A model generated the notes under the pieces. It made no database searches, was not told the DNA's origin, and was given only the letters and a program-made list of their open reading frames with translations. From assembly GCA_002010305.1 (NCBI GenBank), contig MTND01000018.1:69795-133794 (forward strand): a stretch of 64,000 nucleotides of DNA. The letters run 5' to 3'. Both the position numbers and the translations under genes were made by a program. This document shows, piece after piece, positions 58,853 to 64,000 of this stretch. Source of the DNA: Archaeoglobi archaeon JdFR-42 (GTDB lineage: Archaea; Halobacteriota; Archaeoglobi; Archaeoglobales; JdFR-42). The stretch's first letter is position 1. Each line of letters starts with the position of its first letter.

Positions 58853-59886
58853 GAGTGTTATCCAGACGGTTAAAAGGCAACTCTGGCGAGATTACTCTCC
58901 TTCCAGAAAACCTCGATGACTTATGGCACCTGAAATACATAATCGAGAAGGGAGATCTGGTTTTCGCTTTAACAAAACGTACCCTTGAAGAGGCTTCTGA
59001 CAAAATACGACCGGATAAAGCTGAGAAAAAGCCTGTCAGACTGGGTGTAAGGGTAGAGAAAGTTGAGTATCACAGGTACGCCAATCGTCTCAGGATTCAT
59101 GGTATTATAGAACATGGAACGGGACAGGGAAATTACCACACTCTGAATATAGATACTGGCAAAGATCTATCCATAATCAAAGAAGAGTGGAAAAGGGAAC
59201 AATTAACCAGAATTGAAGATGCAGTAAAAGCTTCAACACAGCCAAAAATCATTATTGTCACCATAGAGGAGGGTGAGGCTTCCATTGGCATACTTCGTCA
59301 GTTCGGAGTGGAGCAATATTCCACTATTACAATGAGCTATGGGAAACGTGAGGGAAATTATCGGGAAGAATTTTTTGGAGAAGTACTATCACAGATGAAA
59401 AATTTACCTTTCGAATTTGCCATTGTGGCTGGTCCTGGGTTTACTAAAGAGGATTTTTTTCGCTTTCTCAAAGATAGAGATGCTGAAATGGCCTCCAAAG
59501 TTATTATAGAAGATTCCTCTTCCATCGGCACATCTGGATTTCTTGAAGTGCTAAAACGGGGTGCGGTGGAAAGACTTGCTAAAGATGTTAGAATTGCCAA
59601 TGAGGCCAGATATGTCGATAAATTAATGGAAGAAATAGGAAAAGAAGGAAAGGCTGTTTATGGCATTGATGCCGTTAAGAGAGCCCATACATATGGAGCT
59701 ATTGAAACGCTCCTCGTTGTTGATGAGTATCTCAGGAAGGAACGGGAAACATGGGATATTGATGCTATGCTCTTTGAAGTGGAGCGAGCCAGTGGAAGAG
59801 TGGTAATCATGAGTGGTGAATTTGAACCTGGAAAACGGGTTATGGCCCTTGGTGGTATCGCCGCCATTCTCAGATTCAGAATATGA
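58849..59886 (+). CDS. pelA: Pelota (Dom34 homolog), mRNA surveillance/ribosome rescue factor
   Basis: ITLLPENLDDLWHLKYII N-terminus, IVAGPGFTKEDF, and an eRF1-like C-terminus. ATGA overlap with the NFACT gene. Confidence 0.9.
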   Translation: MRVLSRRLKGNSGEITLLPENLDDLWHLKYIIEKGDLVFALTKRTLEEASDKIRPDKAEKKPVRLGVRVEKVEYHRYANRLRIHGIIEHGTGQGNYHTLNIDTGKDLSIIKEEWKREQLTRIEDAVKASTQPKIIIVTIEEGEASIGILRQFGVEQYSTITMSYGKREGNYREEFFGEVLSQMKNLPFEFAIVAGPGFTKEDFFRFLKDRDAEMASKVIIEDSSSIGTSGFLEVLKRGAVERLAKDVRIANEARYVDKLMEEIGKEGKAVYGIDAVKRAHTYGAIETLLVVDEYLRKERETWDIDAMLFEVERASGRVVIMSGEFEPGKRVMALGGIAAILRFRI

Positions 59887-59993
59887 TCATGCTTAATTCA
59901 TAGGTCTTGAATCCAAATCATTCCTGGTTTATAAGATCATGTGTATTCAAAACCCATATCTTTATTATGGTAGGGGTTAACCTGAATGTGGTG

Positions 59994-60692
59994 ATGTGCG
60001 TGAAGATTCAATGGTTGGGACATGCAGCCTTTATGCTGGAAAGTAGTAAAAAAGTGTTAATTGACCCTTTTATTACTGGAAACCCAGTGGCTCCTGTCAC
60101 ACCAGATGAGCTAAACCCGGATCTTATAGTAGTAACCCATGGCCACGGAGATCATCTTGGAGATGCTGTAGGCATATCAAAAAGAACAGGAAGTAAGATA
60201 GTTGGAATTCACGAAGTCTCACAATTTGTAAATGGAAAAGGTGCCCAAGGAATTGGAATGAATATCGGTGGAACAGCAGTGGTAGATGGTGTGCCAATAA
60301 CCATGACTCCAGCCACCCACTCAGCAGATATAGAAGATGAGGGAGAGATGATCTCTGCCGGGAGTCCGGCTGGAGTTATCATTGAAATGGATGGTATCAA
60401 GATCTATCATACCGGAGACACAGGGCTATTTTACGACATGAAACTGATTGGCGATTTGTATGAACCAGATGTTATGCTGTTGCCCATAGGTAGCTGGTAC
60501 ACCATGGGAATAAAAGAGGCGGTGAAGGCCCTTGAACTGGTATCTCCAAAAGTTGCAGTCCCAATGCATTACAACACCTTTGAAGTAATTCAGCAAGATC
60601 CTGAAAAATTCAAAGATCTGGCAGCAGAGCAGGTTCCTGACGTCAGGGTAGTCATTCTGAAACCTGGAGAAGAACTTGTATATCCAGAGTGA
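59994..60692 (+). CDS. UPF0173-type metallo-beta-lactamase fold hydrolase
   Basis: [12 protein letters not shown]...DPFITGNP...[11 protein letters not shown] (HxHxDH). Start is ATG 59994 or GTG 60000. The track ORF from 59907 is likely too long. Confidence 0.8.
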   Translation: MCVKIQWLGHAAFMLESSKKVLIDPFITGNPVAPVTPDELNPDLIVVTHGHGDHLGDAVGISKRTGSKIVGIHEVSQFVNGKGAQGIGMNIGGTAVVDGVPITMTPATHSADIEDEGEMISAGSPAGVIIEMDGIKIYHTGDTGLFYDMKLIGDLYEPDVMLLPIGSWYTMGIKEAVKALELVSPKVAVPMHYNTFEVIQQDPEKFKDLAAEQVPDVRVVILKPGEELVYPE

Positions 60693-61080
60693 ATCGTTCT
60701 TCCCTCTTTCCCCGCTCACACAGGGGCTTCTGGACGGGTTTGCTCAACGAGCCTTACAGCCGCAAGAGATAAACTTTCCCTATTCAACTTTTTTCAATGC
60801 ACCCTCTATCACTTTCATAGCCAGGCACAATAGGTCCGTAGTAGCTCATCACAGGAGTTCAAAAGTCATCTAAGATGTAACAAACCTCTATTGACTTTTT
60901 ATCATAAATCTCCAGCCTTTTACTCCTTTTCCTTTGAGGGACGTAAACCGATAAAAACCAGAAAAGGAGACCAATCAGAGAGGCTCTTCACTTCCAGTGC
61001 TTAAGATCTCTTAAAAGAGAGGTCTGTGACACATCTCCGACAGAGTTAAATATCTTCGAGAAGACCTTTCGGCCAGAGAG

Positions 61081-61569
61081 GTGTGGGCGTTGGATGAGAT
61101 ACTTGAGATACTGGAAAATGACGCAAAAATCAGCCTTGAGAAGCTGGCAGAAATAACAGGATACAGTGAGAGAGAGATTGAAAACTACATAAAAAAGAAA
61201 GAGGATGAAAGGGTCATTCTGGGCTATAAAGCCATTATAGACTGGGAGAAACAGGGTAAAGAGGATGTATACGCCATAATAGATGTAAAAGTAGGCCTGA
61301 ATCGAGAGACCGGGTATAATAACATTGCCAAACGTATTGCAAGATTTTCTGAGGTGCATTCAGTGCGACTTGTTTCAGGAGATTATGACCTTCAGATCGT
61401 AGTCAAGGGAAAAAATATGAAGGAAGTTGCCTTTTTTGTAGCAGAAAAAATCTCCACTCTTCCAGAGGTGAGAGATACCAACACACATTTTGTGTTGAGG
61501 ACATACAAAGAAGAGGGTGTACTGCTTTTCGAGGATGAGGAGGATAGACGCCTTGCAGTAGCTCCGTGA
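61081..61569 (+). CDS. Lrp/AsnC-family transcriptional regulator
   Basis: ILEILENDAKISLEKLAEITGYSEREIENYI HTH plus a RAM-like C-terminal domain. GTG start per the track. Confidence 0.8.
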   Translation: MWALDEILEILENDAKISLEKLAEITGYSEREIENYIKKKEDERVILGYKAIIDWEKQGKEDVYAIIDVKVGLNRETGYNNIAKRIARFSEVHSVRLVSGDYDLQIVVKGKNMKEVAFFVAEKISTLPEVRDTNTHFVLRTYKEEGVLLFEDEEDRRLAVAP

Positions 61570-61585
61570 CACAGGAGGAAGTGAA

Positions 61586-62746
61586 GTGGGGATTCGAATT
61601 AACAAAAAACTTGAAGAGATCCCTCCCTCCGGGATCAGAAAATTTTTTGATCTCATCAGCACCAGAAAAGATATCATCTCTTTGGGGGTAGGTGAACCTG
61701 ATTTTTATACTCCTTGGCACATAAGAGAGTCAATAATATACTCTCTAGAAAAAGGATACACAGCTTATACCTCCAACTGGGGTATATATGAGCTCAGGGA
61801 GGCTATATCCTCTTACTACAAAAAATTCGGCGTGAGTTCGAGTCCCGACGACGTTCTGATAACCACCGGTGTGAGCGAGGGTCTTGATATAACCATTAGA
61901 GGGATTTTGAACCCTGGAGAGAGAGTTATCATCCCTGAACCTTGCTATGTTTCTTACATCCCTTTAGTAAAACTTGCCTATGGAAATCCTGTTCTGGTTC
62001 CAACATCAGAAGAGACTGGCTTTAAAATACATTATGAAGACATTGTTAACCACTCTGATCCACCATCCAAAGCCATAATCCTAGGTTACCCATCCAACCC
62101 CACTGGAGTTACATATTCAAAAAAAGAACTGGAAGAGGTAGCCGATGCGGTAATAGAAAAAGACATGATAGTAATTTCAGATGAAATTTATGCAGAACTC
62201 ACGTATGACAGACGACATGTATCCATAGCTTCCCTGAATGGAATGAGTGAGAGGGTTATCATTCTTAATGGATTCTCCAAGGCCCATGCCATGACTGGGC
62301 TTCGGATTGGCTATGCTATTGCGCCTTCTGATATCATGGAAGCTATGTTGAAGATTCACCAGTACTGTATGTTGTGTGCTCCGGTTTCAGCTCAGATGGG
62401 GGCTATAGAGGCTTTAAAAAATGGCTCAAAGGAAGTAGACAAAATGCGTAATGAATACAACAGGAGGAGGAAGTTCTTTGTTAATCGACTCAATGACTTC
62501 CTTTCATGCCAGATGCCAGAAGGAGCTTTCTATGCATTTCCATCCATCCGTGAAACTGGATTATCTTCTGAAAGCTTCTCAGAAAAACTCTTATCCTATG
62601 GAGTTGCCGTGGTTCCGGGAACAGCTTTTGGGAAAACCGGTGAAGGATATATACGCTGCTCGTATGCAGTCTCCATGGAAAAATTAAAAATCGCTGCAGA
62701 TCGAATGGAGGAATTCATTGGAAGTATTGCAAGGGAAAGAGTATGA
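61586..62746 (+). CDS. Class I/II PLP-dependent aminotransferase (aspartate aminotransferase-like)
   Basis: SNPTG, the FSKAHAMTGLRIGY PLP-lysine motif, and GAFYAFP. Confidence 0.85.
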   Translation: MGIRINKKLEEIPPSGIRKFFDLISTRKDIISLGVGEPDFYTPWHIRESIIYSLEKGYTAYTSNWGIYELREAISSYYKKFGVSSSPDDVLITTGVSEGLDITIRGILNPGERVIIPEPCYVSYIPLVKLAYGNPVLVPTSEETGFKIHYEDIVNHSDPPSKAIILGYPSNPTGVTYSKKELEEVADAVIEKDMIVISDEIYAELTYDRRHVSIASLNGMSERVIILNGFSKAHAMTGLRIGYAIAPSDIMEAMLKIHQYCMLCAPVSAQMGAIEALKNGSKEVDKMRNEYNRRRKFFVNRLNDFLSCQMPEGAFYAFPSIRETGLSSESFSEKLLSYGVAVVPGTAFGKTGEGYIRCSYAVSMEKLKIAADRMEEFIGSIARERV

Positions 62747-63297
62747 AGCCGGCTGTAATCGTTATAGATATGATAAAAGGTAATGAGCCCTACTTTAAAT
62801 CAGACCATAGAAAAATACTACCAAAGATTGAGAAACTACTTGAGTGGTGCCGTGAAAGGGGGATCCCAGTAATATATGCCAATGATAGCTATCTGGAGAA
62901 TGACTGGCTGTTTAATTTTATGGAAAAACATGCTGTTAGGGGTACAGATGAACTTACTGTTGTCGATAGAATATCTCCAAAAAAAGGGGACATAATCATT
63001 GAAAAAAGGCGGTTTTCAGCTTTTTTCCGAACAGATCTCGATATAACACTCAGAGAACTGGGAATCGATACGGTGGTTCTTGCTGGCATCAACACTCATG
63101 TGTGTGTATTATCCACCGCCTTTGATGCAATCAGCCTGGATTTCTACACAATTTTATTGAAAGACTGTTGTGCATCCAGTTGGAAAAGATTACATGAGTT
63201 CGTTGTGAATGATTTTAGAGGACTACCTGCTTTTCGTGTTATGGATAGCGGAGAGTTCATGTCTTTATTTGCCAACAAAGGTAAACCTTCCCTGTGA
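62743..63297 (+). CDS. Isochorismatase-family cysteine hydrolase
   Basis: PAVIVIDM N-terminus, KRRFSAFF, and the GINTHVCVLSTA catalytic Cys motif. ATGA overlap with the aminotransferase gene. Confidence 0.8.
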   Translation: MKPAVIVIDMIKGNEPYFKSDHRKILPKIEKLLEWCRERGIPVIYANDSYLENDWLFNFMEKHAVRGTDELTVVDRISPKKGDIIIEKRRFSAFFRTDLDITLRELGIDTVVLAGINTHVCVLSTAFDAISLDFYTILLKDCCASSWKRLHEFVVNDFRGLPAFRVMDSGEFMSLFANKGKPSL

Positions 63298-63305
63298 ATT
63301 AGCTC

Positions 63306-63962
63306 CTACATACTGGATAGGAGTAACGCAATTTTATCCTGGATCCCGCTCCAGATGAATTCTACTGCTATCGTGGCTAGAAGAATTGCCATAATCCTCG
63401 TTAACACCCTTGTACCACTCATCCCGAGAATTCGATAAATCTGATTGCTGTATTTCTGGGTTAGCCTTACAATAACATAGGTTAGAACGATGCTCACTAG
63501 AATAAGAGATTTTGCTAACCAACCCTCTGCAGAAGTCATCAGAACTATTACTGTGGTTATGGAGCCGGGACCAGTGTAAAGTGGAAGTGCCAGTGGAAAT
63601 ATAGCGAGATCTTCCCTAGTCTGAGCCTCACCTTCTTCTTCCCGTGAATACTTCGTTCTGGGGGGATTGCCAAAAAGCATATCGATGGATATTATCATGA
63701 GCAAGAAACCACCGGCTATTTTCAAACCGCTGAGAGTAACGTTAAACATCTCGAGAATCGCATTTCCACCTATCGCAAACAGTATCAGGATACCACCAGC
63801 ATAAAAACAGGATTTTTTTGAAATCTTTTCTCTAACACTTACTGGCATCCCTTCAGTAAGAGAAATAAATACAGGAACAGTTCCAATGGGATTAACGATA
63901 ACAAAAATAGAGGTAAATACGCCAAGGAAAAAAGGAAACAAATTCAAAATGTCACCCCACAT
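63306..63962 (-). CDS. MarC-family (UPF0056) integral membrane protein
   Basis: FVIVNPIGTVPVFISLTE signature and six hydrophobic segments. Confidence 0.75.
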   Translation of the reverse strand: MWGDILNLFPFFLGVFTSIFVIVNPIGTVPVFISLTEGMPVSVREKISKKSCFYAGGILILFAIGGNAILEMFNVTLSGLKIAGGFLLMIISIDMLFGNPPRTKYSREEEGEAQTREDLAIFPLALPLYTGPGSITTVIVLMTSAEGWLAKSLILVSIVLTYVIVRLTQKYSNQIYRILGMSGTRVLTRIMAILLATIAVEFIWSGIQDKIALLLSSM

Positions 63963-64000
63963 ACAGTCTGTATAAAGCGGTGAGTATACCTACAATCATG

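Noticed and set aside
60693-61080. Slightly GC-richer non-coding stretch with a CCCC-N9-GGGG hairpin and an imperfect AGATCTCTT-AAA-AGAGAGGTCT repeat upstream of the Lrp gene. Considered as an ncRNA or an Lrp operator. Also contains track ORFs 60676..60873 and 60988..61359.
   Set aside because: The stems are short or imperfect. The ORFs have no motifs, and one overlaps the Lrp gene antisense. The evidence is insufficient for any call.

Overview
This is a euryarchaeal chromosomal segment, AT-rich by eye. The archaeal assignment rests on a split rpoB (B''/B'), aEF-1alpha/aEF-2, eL30, Cgi121, Pelota and ABCE1. I saw no rRNA genes, CRISPR arrays, transposases or integrases.

The core backbone includes:
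- the canonical rpoH-rpoB2-rpoB1-rpoA1-rpoA2-rpl30e-nusA-rps12-rps7-EF2-EF1a-rps10 block (28.2-41.2 kb, minus strand)
- rtcB and archease
- three tRNAs: Arg-TCG, Lys-TTT and Ala-GGC
- biosynthetic genes hisI, lysC, purM, aspA, nadK and cobO
- a ribosome-rescue neighbourhood (ABCE1, NFACT/Rqc2, Pelota)
- lipid genes at the left edge (a carS fragment and an MJ0619/Tes-like radical SAM gene)

Four accessory regions stand out:
1. 24.3-26.7 kb is a locally GC-richer, tightly coupled four-gene cassette. Its second gene is interrupted only by an in-frame TGA that falls exactly in a U-G-S-C motif, making it a candidate selenoprotein in an archaeon.
2. 43.7-49.1 kb is a seven-gene, translationally coupled minus-strand operon. 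It encodes two CuA-motif cupredoxin domains (one fused to a NapH/NosR/CcoG-like polyferredoxin membrane protein), a type-1 Cu lipoprotein, a His/Asp/Glu-rich protein, a DUF63 protein and a CPPC membrane protein. No catalytic oxidase or reductase is present.
3. The operon is preceded by a divergent wHTH regulator. The spacer between them holds two inverted copies of an 18-nt palindromic operator-like site.
4. 5.0-10.7 kb is a six-gene operon of class III (type IV pilin-like) signal-peptide proteins. One is a 792-aa PKD/vWA protein whose vWA domain is split by an insertion of about 200 aa. No assembly ATPase or platform gene is nearby.

All functional calls come from motif recognition by eye. 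No database searches were run.
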